Shown here: one piece after another, positions 28,257 through 37,688 of the stretch
Numbering within the stretch: the first letter of the stretch is position 1
How the letters are laid out: each line of letters opens with the position of its first letter
Assembly: GCA_964566985.1 (NCBI GenBank)
Contig: CAZMLG010000001.1
Span: 1 to 54,969 of the forward strand
DNA length: 54,969 nucleotides
Direction of reading: 5' to 3'
Source of the DNA: an uncultured Intrasporangiaceae bacterium
GTDB taxonomy: Bacteria > Actinomycetota > Actinomycetes > Actinomycetales > Dermatophilaceae
Notes under the pieces: model-generated
What the model saw: only the letters and a program-made list of their open reading frames with translations
Database searches by the model: none
What the model was told of the DNA's origin: nothing
Program-made: the position numbers and the translations under genes

Positions 28257-29711
28257 TTGGAGACGACCACGCGACAGCAGGCCCACGCATCCGCCGGTTC
28301 CGGCCGAATCGGTCCCCGGTCTGTCCGCGCCGCGCGTGACGGCTCCGCGTGGGTGTTCACCCTCGTCGCGATGTTCATCGCGGTGACCGTCTATGGCTTC
28401 CAGCAGACAGCGATCACCCCCGCGCTCCCGGTCGTCCAGGACGATTTCGACGCCTCACGCGAATGGACCACCTGGCTGCTGTCCGGCTACTTCGTCGTCG
28501 CGTCGGTCACCCCGGTCTTCCTCGGCAAGTTCGCCGACCGGTCCGGCAAGCGCAAGGTCTTCCTGGCGGCCCTCATCGCCTTCGTCGCCGGAAGCGTCGG
28601 TGCCGCCTTGTCTCCTTCGATCGGACTGGTCGTCGTATGCCGTCTCGTCCAGGGCCTGGGCGGCGCGGTCTTCCCGCTGTCCTTCGCCATCGTGCGGGAC
28701 GTCGTCCCCTCGGCCCGCGTCGGCAGCGCGATCGGTGTGCTCACCGGCGGCTTCGGTGTCGGATCGCTGCTCGGCTACTCCGTCGGCGGCCTCATCACGC
28801 AGTTCATCGGCTGGCGCTGGATCTTCTGGATCGGATCGATCGCCCTGACGCTGGCGATCGTACTGGTGGCGATCACCGTGCCGCACTCCCCCGTCCGTGT
28901 CGAGCGCCGACTCGACGCGTTGGGCGCGGCGTTGTTCGGTGCGGCGCTGAGCGGCATCGTCATCGCGGTGACCGAAGGGCCACAGCGTGGCTGGACCGCT
29001 CCCCTGACGCTCGGCATGTTCGGGCTGACCGTCGTGGCCGCGCCCGCCTGGGTGTATCGGGAACTGCATACGCCCGAACCGTTGATGGATCTGCGCGTGC
29101 TCTCCTCCCGGCCGATGCTGCTGACCAACATCGCGTCGCTGCTCAGCGGATACTCCGCCATCGGCACCGGTGTCGTGTTGACCTACCTGCTCCAGGGAGC
29201 CTCCGGCACGCATCTGGTCCTCTTCGGCCTGGCGTCGGGTCCGCTGCTCACGGGGCTCGTGCTCCTCCCCCGTGCCCTCGGCCAAGCCGTCGGCGGTCCG
29301 GCGGCCGGGCCGCTCGCCCGACACCTGCACCCGGTGCCGACCTTCGCCGCAGGCATGGGCCTGACGACGGTCGGCCTCGTCCTGCTGACGATCTGGCGAG
29401 GCAACCTGTGGGTCATCATGGGCGATCTCGCCGTGCTGGGCCTCGGCTTCGGCCTGGCCATCTCGATGATGGGGCGCCTGGTCACGCTCACGGCAGACCT
29501 CGGCGAGACCGGCGTGGCCACCTCGATCAATGCGGTCGTACGGCGTGTCGGGGGCGGCGTCGGGGCTCAGGTGGGCGTGGCACTGCTGGCGACGATCACC
29601 GTGGGCGGTGGTGACGATCCGGCACGCGAAGCGTTCACGGTCGCCTTCGCCGTTGCGGCAGCCGCCGCGTTCGTCGGCATGGTCTGCGTGCTGCTGATCC
29701 CCCGACGGTAG
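28257..29711 (+). CDS. MFS transporter (DHA2/14-TMS type)
   Basis: GKFADRSGKRK motif A, RLVQGLG, GWRWIFW and PLMDLR; start codon uncertain. Confidence 0.85.
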   Translation: METTTRQQAHASAGSGRIGPRSVRAARDGSAWVFTLVAMFIAVTVYGFQQTAITPALPVVQDDFDASREWTTWLLSGYFVVASVTPVFLGKFADRSGKRKVFLAALIAFVAGSVGAALSPSIGLVVVCRLVQGLGGAVFPLSFAIVRDVVPSARVGSAIGVLTGGFGVGSLLGYSVGGLITQFIGWRWIFWIGSIALTLAIVLVAITVPHSPVRVERRLDALGAALFGAALSGIVIAVTEGPQRGWTAPLTLGMFGLTVVAAPAWVYRELHTPEPLMDLRVLSSRPMLLTNIASLLSGYSAIGTGVVLTYLLQGASGTHLVLFGLASGPLLTGLVLLPRALGQAVGGPAAGPLARHLHPVPTFAAGMGLTTVGLVLLTIWRGNLWVIMGDLAVLGLGFGLAISMMGRLVTLTADLGETGVATSINAVVRRVGGGVGAQVGVALLATITVGGGDDPAREAFTVAFAVAAAAAFVGMVCVLLIPRR

Positions 29712-29720
29712 GCTCCAGCC

Positions 29721-30158
29721 ATGGCGCCTGTCACCGTCCGGCCGGTTCGTACGATCACCACCGACGAGGCCGCCCGGTTGGCCGATCTGGTGGGTCAACT
29801 CTCGACCTCGGCATCGGAACTCACCCGCGGCGCGCTGGAGTCCATCGTCGCTCACGACGCGATGACACTGTTCGTCGCGCGCATCGACGAGCAGATCGTC
29901 GGGATGCTCAGCCTCGCATGTTTCCCGACTCCGACCGGCCTACGCGCATGGATCGAGGACGTCGTGACCGACCATGAGGTCCGGGGCGTCGGGGCCGGAT
30001 CGGCCTTGGTGCGAGCGGCTCTCACCACGGCGCGCGAGGCCGGTGCGCGCACCGTCGACCTGACCTCTCGACCGTCGCGTGAAGCAGCGAATCGACTCTA
30101 CGTCCACCTCGGGTTCGTGCCACGGGAGTCGAATCTCTACCGCTACACGCTGGAGTGA
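29721..30158 (+). CDS. GNAT family acetyltransferase
   Basis: IEDVVTD..VRGVGAG and LTSRPSREAANRLY..LGF motifs; TAGGCT-N6-ATG. Confidence 0.85.
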   Translation: MAPVTVRPVRTITTDEAARLADLVGQLSTSASELTRGALESIVAHDAMTLFVARIDEQIVGMLSLACFPTPTGLRAWIEDVVTDHEVRGVGAGSALVRAALTTAREAGARTVDLTSRPSREAANRLYVHLGFVPRESNLYRYTLE

Positions 30159-30168
30159 CGCGAGCGGC

Positions 30169-30507
30169 CTACTCCTCTTCGGAGGAAGGATCTCCCAGGT
30201 TGCCGAGGAAGACCACATCACTGGTCGCCTTCACGCCACGCTGCGCCCCGTCGGGGATGACCACGGTCGATCCGGCCGACGCCTCCACCGTCTCGTCGCC
30301 GACCTGGACGGTGCAATGGCCGTCGAGGATATGGAACGACGCGGCCGCCCCGGTGTGTGCCGGCAGCCCCATGCCGGCCCCGAGGCCGACCAGCACCACC
30401 TTGAGCGTGTCCGACTGGTGAAGCAGCGTGACCTGTGGGCCCGCTCCCCCGGGCTCGGCGACCGCGCGCCAGTCGGGCCAATGGTTCTGTGTCGTCTCGT
30501 CGGTCAT
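30169..30507 (-). CDS. Small cupin-domain protein
   Basis: LPAHT...FHILDG...VGDE...IPDG cupin pattern with a degenerate second His; GAGGAG RBS. Confidence 0.7.
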   Translation of the reverse strand: MTDETTQNHWPDWRAVAEPGGAGPQVTLLHQSDTLKVVLVGLGAGMGLPAHTGAAASFHILDGHCTVQVGDETVEASAGSTVVIPDGAQRGVKATSDVVFLGNLGDPSSEEE

Positions 30508-30522
30508 GGCGTCTCCTCACCG

Positions 30523-30552
30523 TTGTTTTTCACGAATATATCGTTTAAACAA
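30523..30552. promoter_or_regulatory. AT-rich imperfect inverted repeat over the cupin-gene promoter (probable operator)
   Basis: TTGTTT..ACGA-ATATA-TCGT..AAACAA; contains a TATATT -10-like box on the minus strand. Confidence 0.45.
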
Positions 30553-30605
30553 GAGAGCGTGTGAGTGGGGCGAGCCGGGTCCGGTCGCATCGATAGGGTC
30601 GCGCC

Positions 30606-31070
30606 ATGCTCACATGTCGACAGCGCGATTTCTGGGGACGGTCCTACGACATCCTCCTCGACGGCAATCATGTGACGACGTTCAGCCCGAAGGCCTGGCG
30701 CTCGGGCGGGACCTTCACACTGCACGGGATCGAATACGACCTGCACACCAACATGTGGGGTGCCCGGTATGCCATGGCCACGCCTCAGGGGAAGCCGGTT
30801 GCGACCGCCGACCGCGTCGGTCGCAAGCACTGGTCGGTCGAGGTGCACGGACGGGTCTACCGGTTCGAGCGGATCTCTTTCTGGAAGAGCGATCAGGCGC
30901 TGATGAGCGGAGATCGGCAGATCGGGGTGATCCGGCGCACGAGCTCCTGGAAGATGAGTGCCGAGGCGGACCTACCCGGACTCGACCTGCCGGTGCAGGT
31001 CTTCGTGCTCGCCGTCGTGATCACGATGTGGCGTCGCAACCAGGCTGCGGCAGCCTCCGCTGGGGCGTAG
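30606..31070 (+). CDS. Hypothetical protein (beta-rich, possibly LURP-one/Tubby-like)
   Basis: 154-aa ORF with a TAGGGT-N6-ATG start, two similar beta-rich halves and a hydrophobic C-terminal helix. Confidence 0.6.
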   Translation: MLTCRQRDFWGRSYDILLDGNHVTTFSPKAWRSGGTFTLHGIEYDLHTNMWGARYAMATPQGKPVATADRVGRKHWSVEVHGRVYRFERISFWKSDQALMSGDRQIGVIRRTSSWKMSAEADLPGLDLPVQVFVLAVVITMWRRNQAAAASAGA

Positions 31071-31171
31071 GCCGTCCTCTCTGGCGCGGCGCAGCGGTGA
31101 CCGCCTCTCCCCCGCCCGACGCGGACTAGGCTGAAGCGGATCACTCGACAGCGACGCCATCAGGAGGCGGC

Positions 31172-31933
31172 ATGCCGATCATCGACCTGAACGCCGACCT
31201 CGCCGAGAGCTTCGGTCAGTGGCGCCTCGGCGACGACGAGGCCATGCTCGAACTGGTCACGAGTGCCAATGTGGCGTGCGGTTTTCATGCGGGAGATCCG
31301 AGCGTCATCCGGCGTGCGTGCCAGGTGGCTGCCGAACGCGGCGTGGCGATCGGTGCACAGGTGGCCTATCGCGACCTGCCGGGCTTCGGCCGGCGGTTCA
31401 TCGACGTGGCGCGGGACGAACTCGTGAACGACGTGCTCTATCAGCTGGGCGCCCTCGAAGCCATGGCGCGGGCCGCCGGCAGCCGGATCTCCTACGTCAA
31501 GCCGCACGGAGCCCTCTACAACGCCATCGTCCATCATGAGACGCAGGCGGCAGCCGTGGTCGAGGCCGTGCGCACCTACGGCGCGCAGTTGCCGGTGCTC
31601 GGGCTCCCAGGCTCGGCGTGGCTACGTATCGCCGACGAGGCCGGACTGCGAACGGTCGCCGAAGCGTTCGCGGACCGTGCCTACACACCCGACGGCACGT
31701 TGGTCTCGAGGCGGGAACCTGACGCTGTGCTGCATGACGCGGCGCAGGTCGCGCAGCGATGTGTGCGCATGGTGCGCGACCACGAGGTCGTGGCCACGGA
31801 TGGATCGGTTCTGTCGATCGATGCCGATTCCGTGTGTGTGCATGGCGACAGCCCCGGCGCCGTCGAGATGGCCCGCTCGATCCGCAGGGCCATCGATGCC
31901 GAGGGCATCAGCCTGCGCGCCTTCACCCGGTAG
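31172..31933 (+). CDS. pxpA: LamB/YcsF family protein, 5-oxoprolinase subunit A
   Basis: [40 protein letters not shown] and CVHGD motifs. Confidence 0.9.
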   Translation: MPIIDLNADLAESFGQWRLGDDEAMLELVTSANVACGFHAGDPSVIRRACQVAAERGVAIGAQVAYRDLPGFGRRFIDVARDELVNDVLYQLGALEAMARAAGSRISYVKPHGALYNAIVHHETQAAAVVEAVRTYGAQLPVLGLPGSAWLRIADEAGLRTVAEAFADRAYTPDGTLVSRREPDAVLHDAAQVAQRCVRMVRDHEVVATDGSVLSIDADSVCVHGDSPGAVEMARSIRRAIDAEGISLRAFTR

Positions 31934-31944
31934 TGCCCAGGGAG

Positions 31945-32900
31945 TCAGGCTGCTCCGGGGCTGACACGGAGATCGGAGATGACCTCGCTCATCCCGGGTT
32001 GGGTGGTGAATAGGCGGCCGGATCTGCCGGTCCACGCACACGTCCCGTCCGGCGTCATGGTGACCGTCCATCCGGCCTCATGTTTGGTGCGATGGTGATG
32101 GCGGCACAGCAGTTGCAGGTTGGCCACCTCGGTAGGACCGGCCGGCCAGGGGACGACATGATCGGCGTCGTCATCGCCGCGCAGCCGTCGTGCCGTGTCC
32201 TCGTCCACCGGGCCCCTCGATCGGGCGGTGTGATGATCGCCGACCCGGATCGTCGCATGCCATTCGCTGGTGCCCGGCTCGTGACCCGGGCAGCATCGGA
32301 CGTCGATCGCCTTTTCCGCGCGCTTCGTGATCGCCTGCCGCTGTGCGGCCGGCTCGTATCGGCGCACCGCTGCCCGAGCCCGACGACGGGTGCGGCCGGC
32401 CGTCCAGGACTCGATGCCCTCCGCGAGGAGATCACGCTCGACTTTCTCGCAGGTGCGCCATGACGCGTTGAGGAGTTCCTCGGTCACGATCCGGATCCGC
32501 CAGGGCTCCAACCGGCCATGTCCCGCGGCTGCCAACAACTGCGGGGCCTTGCCGCCGGCGTCCAGGGCGTCCTCCACCTTGTTCACCGCCTGTCGGGGGC
32601 CCCATCCCAAGGCAGGAGCCAGATCATCGGGTGCGAACTCCCGCGCCTCGCCCTCCGCGTCTCGAGAGAACCGCGCGACCCGCTCCATTTGGGCCGCGCC
32701 GACGCTGTTGAGAAGGTGTTGGGCCCCGACGATCTGATCGTGCAGTTGGTCGCGGGACCAGGTGAGAGACTCGTCGGCCATCACGGCAAGAACCTGCTGC
32801 GCCAACTGTCCCATCGCCTCCAACACCTCCCCGGCATTCGCCGCCGTCACCCTGCCGGGAAACTCGGGCACGCGTGGTGCTGATGGTGGCTCATGTCTGT
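31945..32900 (-). pseudogene. DUF222/HNH endonuclease (13E12-repeat-like) gene remnant, internally shortened
   Basis: C-terminal DHVVPWPAGPT..NLQLLCRHHHRTKH..GW and a DUF222-like helical N-part; the CxxPxC that normally precedes the HNH is absent; start unclear. Confidence 0.6.
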
Positions 32901-32908
32901 GCTCGTCG

Positions 32909-32962
32909 GGCGGCTTCATCGTCATGGCGGACCCGGAAGGCAAGGAGTTCTGCCTGGACCGA
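32909..32962 (+). pseudogene. Orphan 3' fragment of a VOC/glyoxalase gene
   Basis: Translates GGFIVMADPEGKEFCLD, a typical VOC C-terminus, followed by CGA where a TGA stop would be expected. Confidence 0.55.
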
Positions 32963-32970
32963 GGCCAGGC

Positions 32971-35343
32971 TCAATCCTTGACATACTCCGCGAGATGCCG
33001 CCCCGTCGGTGTCGAGCCATCGGCGACGAGGTCGGCTGGAGTGCCCGCGAAGACGACGCGCCCGCCGTCGTGCCCGGCGCCCGGTCCGAGGTCGATGATC
33101 CAGTCCGCATGGGCCATCACGGCTTGATGGTGCTCGATGACGATGACCGACTTGCCCGCATCGACCAGTCGATCCAACAGCGCGAGCAACTGCTCCACGT
33201 CGGCGAGATGCAGCCCGGTCGTCGGCTCGTCGAGGACGATGATGCCGCCCTTGTCCCCCAGGTGTGTTGCGAGCTTGAGGCGTTGCCGCTCTCCCCCGGA
33301 CAGGGTCGTGAGCGGCTGACCGAGCTTGAGATATCCGATCCCGACGTCGTGCAGGTGGGTCAAGGTCTTGTGGGCGGAGGGGACTCGACTCTCCCCCGCC
33401 GAGAAGAAGTCGGAGGCCTCGTCGACCGACATCTCGAGCACGTCGGCGATGTTCTTGCCACCCAACGCATACTCCAACACCGAGGCCTGGAATCGTCGGC
33501 CCTCGCACTCCTGACAGGTCGTCGCGACCCCGGCCATCATCGCCAGATCGGTATAGATGACCCCGGCGCCGTTGCACGCCGGGCAGGCACCGTCCGAATT
33601 TGCGCTGAACAGGCCCGGCTTGACGCCGTTCGCCTTCGCGAACGCCTTCCGTATGCCGTCCAGCGCGCCGGTGTAGGTCGCCGGATTGCTGCGCCGCGAA
33701 CCTCGGATCGGCGCCTGGTCCACGGAGACGACATCGTCCATCGGCGCGACCGACCCATCGATCAACGAACTCTTGCCGGAGCCGGCCACACCGGTCAGGA
33801 CCGTCAGGACGCCGAGGGGGATGTCGACGTCGACGTCGTGCAGGTTGTGGGTGTTCGCCCCGCGGATCTCCAGTGCTCCGGTCGACGTGCGCACGGCGTC
33901 CTTGAGCGTCGCCCGGTCCTGGAGGTGCCTTCCCGTCACGGTGTCGCTGTGTCGGAGTTGCTCGACGCAACCTTCGAAACAGACTCTCCCACCGGCTGAT
34001 CCGGCGCCAGGGCCCAGGTCGACGACGTGGTCGGCGATCCCGATGGTCTCGGGTTTGTGCTCCACGACGAGCACGGTGTTGCCCTTGTCCCGCAGTCGCA
34101 GGAGCAGGGCGTTCATCCGCTCGATGTCGTGTGGGTGCAGCCCGATCGTCGGCTCGTCGAAGACGTAGGTGACGTCGGTGAGTGACGACCCGAGGTGCCC
34201 GACCATCTTCACGCGTTGGGCCTCTCCCCCGGAGAGCGTGCCGGAAGGGCGGTCGAGTGAGAGGTAGCCCAGTCCGATCTCCACGAAGGAATCCACGGTG
34301 TCACGCAGCCCACCCAGCAGCGGCCCGACGGACGGGTCGTCGATCTCGCGCACCCATTCGGCGAGCTCGTCGATCTGCATCGCACAGGCCTCGGCGATGT
34401 CCAGACCGCGCACCTTCGAGGACCGGGCGAGCGCCGTCAGGCGCGTCCCGTCGCAGTCGGGGCAGGTCGCGAAGGTCACGGCGCGGTCAACGAAGGCGCG
34501 GATGTGCGGCTGCATCGCGTCGCGGTCCTTGGCGAGCATGGACTTGCGGATCCGGGGGATGAGGCCCTCGTAGGTGAGGTTGATCCCGTCGACCTTGATC
34601 TTGGTCGGCTCCTTGTGGAGCAGATCGTGCAACTGCCGCTTGGTGTACTTGCGGATCGGTTTGTCCGGGTCGAAGAACCCGCAGCCGCGGAAGATCCGGC
34701 CGTACCATCCGTCCATGCTGTAGCCGGGGATCGTGAGTGCACCGTCGTTGAGCGACAGCGAGTCGTCGTAGAGCGCCGACAGGTCGAAGTCGGTGATGTC
34801 ACCGCGCCCTTCGCAGCGCGGGCACATGCCGCCGACGATCTCGAAACTACGTCGCTCCTTGACCTTCTGCCCGCCCCTGCTCGTCGTCACCGCGCCGGCC
34901 CCACTGATGGACGCGACGTTGAAGGAGAAGGCCTGTGCCGAGCCGATGTGTGGAGACCCGATCCTGCTGAAGAGGATCCGCAGCATGGACCCGGTGTCGG
35001 TCGCCGTGCCCACCGTGGACCGCGGGTCGGACCCCATGCGTTGCTGATCGACGATGATCGCCGTCGTCAGCCCGTCCATGACGTCCACATCCGGCCGGCC
35101 GAGAGACGGCATGAAACCCTGGACGAACGCGCTGTAGGTCTCGTTGATCAGGCGCTGCGACTCCGCGGCGATGGTCCCGAAGACCAGCGAACTCTTGCCG
35201 GACCCGGACACCCCGGTGAAGACGGTGAGCCGCCGCTTCGGCAGCTCGACGTCGATGCCCTGAAGGTTGTGCTCCCGGGCCCCGACGACGCGGATCACGT
35301 CGTGCGCGTCGGCGGGGTGCGAGGGTGTTTTCGTGCGGTTCAT
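32971..35343 (-). CDS. UvrA-like class II ABC ATPase (UvrA2/DrrC type)
   Basis: Two ABC modules (GVSGSGKSS and [14 protein letters not shown] x2, DEPT x2) and CxxC zinc motifs; at 790 aa it is shorter than canonical UvrA. Confidence 0.9.
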   Translation of the reverse strand: MNRTKTPSHPADAHDVIRVVGAREHNLQGIDVELPKRRLTVFTGVSGSGKSSLVFGTIAAESQRLINETYSAFVQGFMPSLGRPDVDVMDGLTTAIIVDQQRMGSDPRSTVGTATDTGSMLRILFSRIGSPHIGSAQAFSFNVASISGAGAVTTSRGGQKVKERRSFEIVGGMCPRCEGRGDITDFDLSALYDDSLSLNDGALTIPGYSMDGWYGRIFRGCGFFDPDKPIRKYTKRQLHDLLHKEPTKIKVDGINLTYEGLIPRIRKSMLAKDRDAMQPHIRAFVDRAVTFATCPDCDGTRLTALARSSKVRGLDIAEACAMQIDELAEWVREIDDPSVGPLLGGLRDTVDSFVEIGLGYLSLDRPSGTLSGGEAQRVKMVGHLGSSLTDVTYVFDEPTIGLHPHDIERMNALLLRLRDKGNTVLVVEHKPETIGIADHVVDLGPGAGSAGGRVCFEGCVEQLRHSDTVTGRHLQDRATLKDAVRTSTGALEIRGANTHNLHDVDVDIPLGVLTVLTGVAGSGKSSLIDGSVAPMDDVVSVDQAPIRGSRRSNPATYTGALDGIRKAFAKANGVKPGLFSANSDGACPACNGAGVIYTDLAMMAGVATTCQECEGRRFQASVLEYALGGKNIADVLEMSVDEASDFFSAGESRVPSAHKTLTHLHDVGIGYLKLGQPLTTLSGGERQRLKLATHLGDKGGIIVLDEPTTGLHLADVEQLLALLDRLVDAGKSVIVIEHHQAVMAHADWIIDLGPGAGHDGGRVVFAGTPADLVADGSTPTGRHLAEYVKD

Positions 35344-35378
35344 GTGCCTGCTTTCGGGGCGGCCGCCGGCGGTGGCGG

Positions 35379-35789
35379 TCAGTCGATCTGCTGGATGCGC
35401 ACCATATTGCCCGCCGGATCGCGGAAAGCACAGTCTCGCATGCCGTAGGGCTGCTCGGTCGGCTCCTGCACCACCTCCACGTCGGCGGCCTGCACCTTCT
35501 CGAACGTCGCGTCGAGATCCTTGGTGGCGAGCATGATCCAGCCGTAGGTGCCCTTGGCCATCATCTCCGAGACGGTCCGGCGCTCCTCGTCGGTGAACCC
35601 GGGGCCCACGGTCGGCGGGGCGAGCAGCAGGCAGGTGTCCGGTTGATCGGGCGGTCCGACCGTGATCCAGCGCATCGTGCCCTGACCGACGTCGGTGCGG
35701 ACCTCGAATCCGAGCACGTCGCGATAGAACGCCAGGGACGCGTCCGGATCGGTGTGCGGAAGGGAACTGGTGTGAATCGTGATGTCCAT
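35379..35789 (-). CDS. VOC/glyoxalase family protein
   Basis: DPDASLAFYRDVLGF...QPYGMRDCAFRDPAGN. Confidence 0.9.
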   Translation of the reverse strand: MDITIHTSSLPHTDPDASLAFYRDVLGFEVRTDVGQGTMRWITVGPPDQPDTCLLLAPPTVGPGFTDEERRTVSEMMAKGTYGWIMLATKDLDATFEKVQAADVEVVQEPTEQPYGMRDCAFRDPAGNMVRIQQID

Positions 35790-35799
35790 GCCGGACACG

Positions 35800-36246
35800 C
35801 TAGCCGGGCGACGAGCGGCGCGCTTCTCGATTCCTGATCGGTTTGCCGACCTGCTTCTCGACACACGCCGGCACCGCGTCCATCCCGTCCCCGAGGGTGG
35901 ACGCGTGCTGCCGATAGGCGCTCGGGGACATCCCGACCAGCTCCCCGAAACGGGTGCTGAAGGTGCCCAGGGAGGAGAACCCGACCGCGAAGCAGGTCTG
36001 CGTGACCGTGAGGTCGCCACGCCGCAGGAGAGCCATCGCGCGTTCGATGCGCCGCGTCATCAGGTAGGAATACGGGGATTCGCCGTAGGCCCGGCGAAAC
36101 AGCCGGCTCAGATGGCCCGACGACATGTGCGCGCCGCGCGCGAGCGCCTCGACGTCGAGCGGCCGGTCGAAGTCACGGTCGATGCGATCGCGCACCCGGC
36201 GCAGGCGCGCGAGGTCGTCGAGAGGGATGGCCGGCCGATCGGTTAT
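35800..36246 (-). CDS. Single-domain AraC family regulator; start codon apparently ATA or mutated
   Basis: LARLRRVRDRIDR...FRRAYGESP...RRIERA..LL...VGFSSLGTFSTRF; the first ATG/GTG/TTG is at 36195, inside the conserved helix, and an in-frame ATA lies at 36246. Confidence 0.82.
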   Translation of the reverse strand: MTDRPAIPLDDLARLRRVRDRIDRDFDRPLDVEALARGAHMSSGHLSRLFRRAYGESPYSYLMTRRIERAMALLRRGDLTVTQTCFAVGFSSLGTFSTRFGELVGMSPSAYRQHASTLGDGMDAVPACVEKQVGKPIRNREARRSSPG

Positions 36247-36277
36247 GCCTCGATCCTGACACGAAAGAGGTGGTGCG

Positions 36278-36299
36278 TGTCGGGGGCGGCGCCTACGGT
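36278..36299 (+). promoter_or_regulatory. PafBC-dependent (RecA-NDp) promoter of the leaderless pentapeptide-DinB gene
   Basis: TGTCGG-gggcggcgcc(N10)-TACGGT-N6-ATG(36306). Confidence 0.75.
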
Positions 36300-36305
36300 C
36301 GGCAG

Positions 36306-37118
36306 ATGAGTGAATTTCGCCATCAGGACCTGAGCGACGCCCTGTTCCAGCGGGTCAGTTTCGCACGCGCCACATTCGACGACGTCGAGTTGACGGGTGC
36401 CACCATGCATGACGTCGATCTCTCCGGCCTGCAGATCCGCGCGGCCTCCTACCACGGCGGCCGAATGCGTGGCGTGGAGTTGCACGACCTCGAGATCTCC
36501 GGCGAGGTGCGCGACGTCGTCGTCAACGGGGTCGACATCGCCCCGCTCGTCGACGCCGAGCTCAATCGCCGTATGCCGGACCGGGCCAGGATGAGCCCGA
36601 CCACACCGGACGGATTCCGAGAGGCCTGGGCGATCCTCGAGCGCCTCTGGCAGCAGACCGTCGACCGCGCGCGAGCGCTGCCGCCCGAGGCGCTGCATCG
36701 CGGCGTCGACGGCGAATGGTCGTTCATCCAGACCCTGCGACACCTGTGCTTCGCCTCGGACGCGTGGGTGGGGCGGATGATCCTGGGCAACCCCTCGCCG
36801 TGGCATCCGCTCGACCTGCCGTGGGACGAGGCGCCGGGCTGGGAGGGCATCCCCTGGGACCGCGAGGCGCGGCCGAGCCTCGACGAGGTCCTGGCGGTGC
36901 GCGGTGAGCGGCAGGAGATGGTGCGCTCGGTGATCGAGCCCCTCACCACCGAGCAGCTCGCGAGCACCGTGTCGTGCACGGCGCCCGGCTGGCCGCGACT
37001 GGAGGAGGCGCCGTTCGCCGACTGCCTCTCGACCGTGATCGTCGAGGAATGGGAGCACCGCCTGTATGCCGAGCGCGACCTGGCGTCGGCGGCCTCCGGG
37101 GAGGGCGAGGGTCGATGA
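36306..37118 (+). CDS. DinB family protein with N-terminal pentapeptide repeats
   Basis: QDLSD/ALFQR/VSFAR/ATFDD/VELTG pentapeptides; DinB motifs EWSFIQTLRHL and EEWEH. Confidence 0.82.
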   Translation: MSEFRHQDLSDALFQRVSFARATFDDVELTGATMHDVDLSGLQIRAASYHGGRMRGVELHDLEISGEVRDVVVNGVDIAPLVDAELNRRMPDRARMSPTTPDGFREAWAILERLWQQTVDRARALPPEALHRGVDGEWSFIQTLRHLCFASDAWVGRMILGNPSPWHPLDLPWDEAPGWEGIPWDREARPSLDEVLAVRGERQEMVRSVIEPLTTEQLASTVSCTAPGWPRLEEAPFADCLSTVIVEEWEHRLYAERDLASAASGEGEGR

Positions 37119-37214
37119 CGATCACCGAGCGGGGCAACCCGGCGGAGGGCTCGTGCGTCTGAATACCAGAGGGGCGCCCAGCTCGCCCCGCCGGACCGGA
37201 AGGGAAGTGCCACG

Positions 37215-37688
37215 ATGAAGACCAGTTACGCCCGACTCGCCGCCGTCGGCGCCGCGGCCGCCCTGGCGACGACCGGAGCGGTGGCCGCGGCCGCCGGCAG
37301 CAGCGCCGCCGTCGGCGTGCCCACCATGGCGCACGAGTCGGCCGGACACTCCATACGCTCCACGTCGAGTCTGCGCGTCGCCGCCGATCCCGGACCCTGC
37401 GCCCACGTCCCGGCCGGCAAGCTGTCGTCGGTCGTCTCGTTCCACCGCCGGGCCGAGGCCGCCCCCACGACGTATGCCGTCACCGCCGTCGCACCGACGA
37501 CGCACCGGCACGTGCAGACCCGCTCCGTGCGCGTCGGGCCCGGGGTGTCGACGCTGCAGATGGTCTGGAATCAGCAGCACGACTCCGTCGGATCGATCAC
37601 CCTGTCGGTGAAGGACGCGCACGGGAAGACCGTTGCGACCGTCCACGAGCATGCCGGGGGCTCGCCGGTGGCGGCCCGCTGCGCGTGA
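37215..37688 (+). CDS. Secreted hypothetical protein
   Basis: GGAAGGG RBS, Sec-type signal peptide, beta-rich mature part with two Cys. Confidence 0.6.
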   Translation: MKTSYARLAAVGAAAALATTGAVAAAAGSSAAVGVPTMAHESAGHSIRSTSSLRVAADPGPCAHVPAGKLSSVVSFHRRAEAAPTTYAVTAVAPTTHRHVQTRSVRVGPGVSTLQMVWNQQHDSVGSITLSVKDAHGKTVATVHEHAGGSPVAARCA

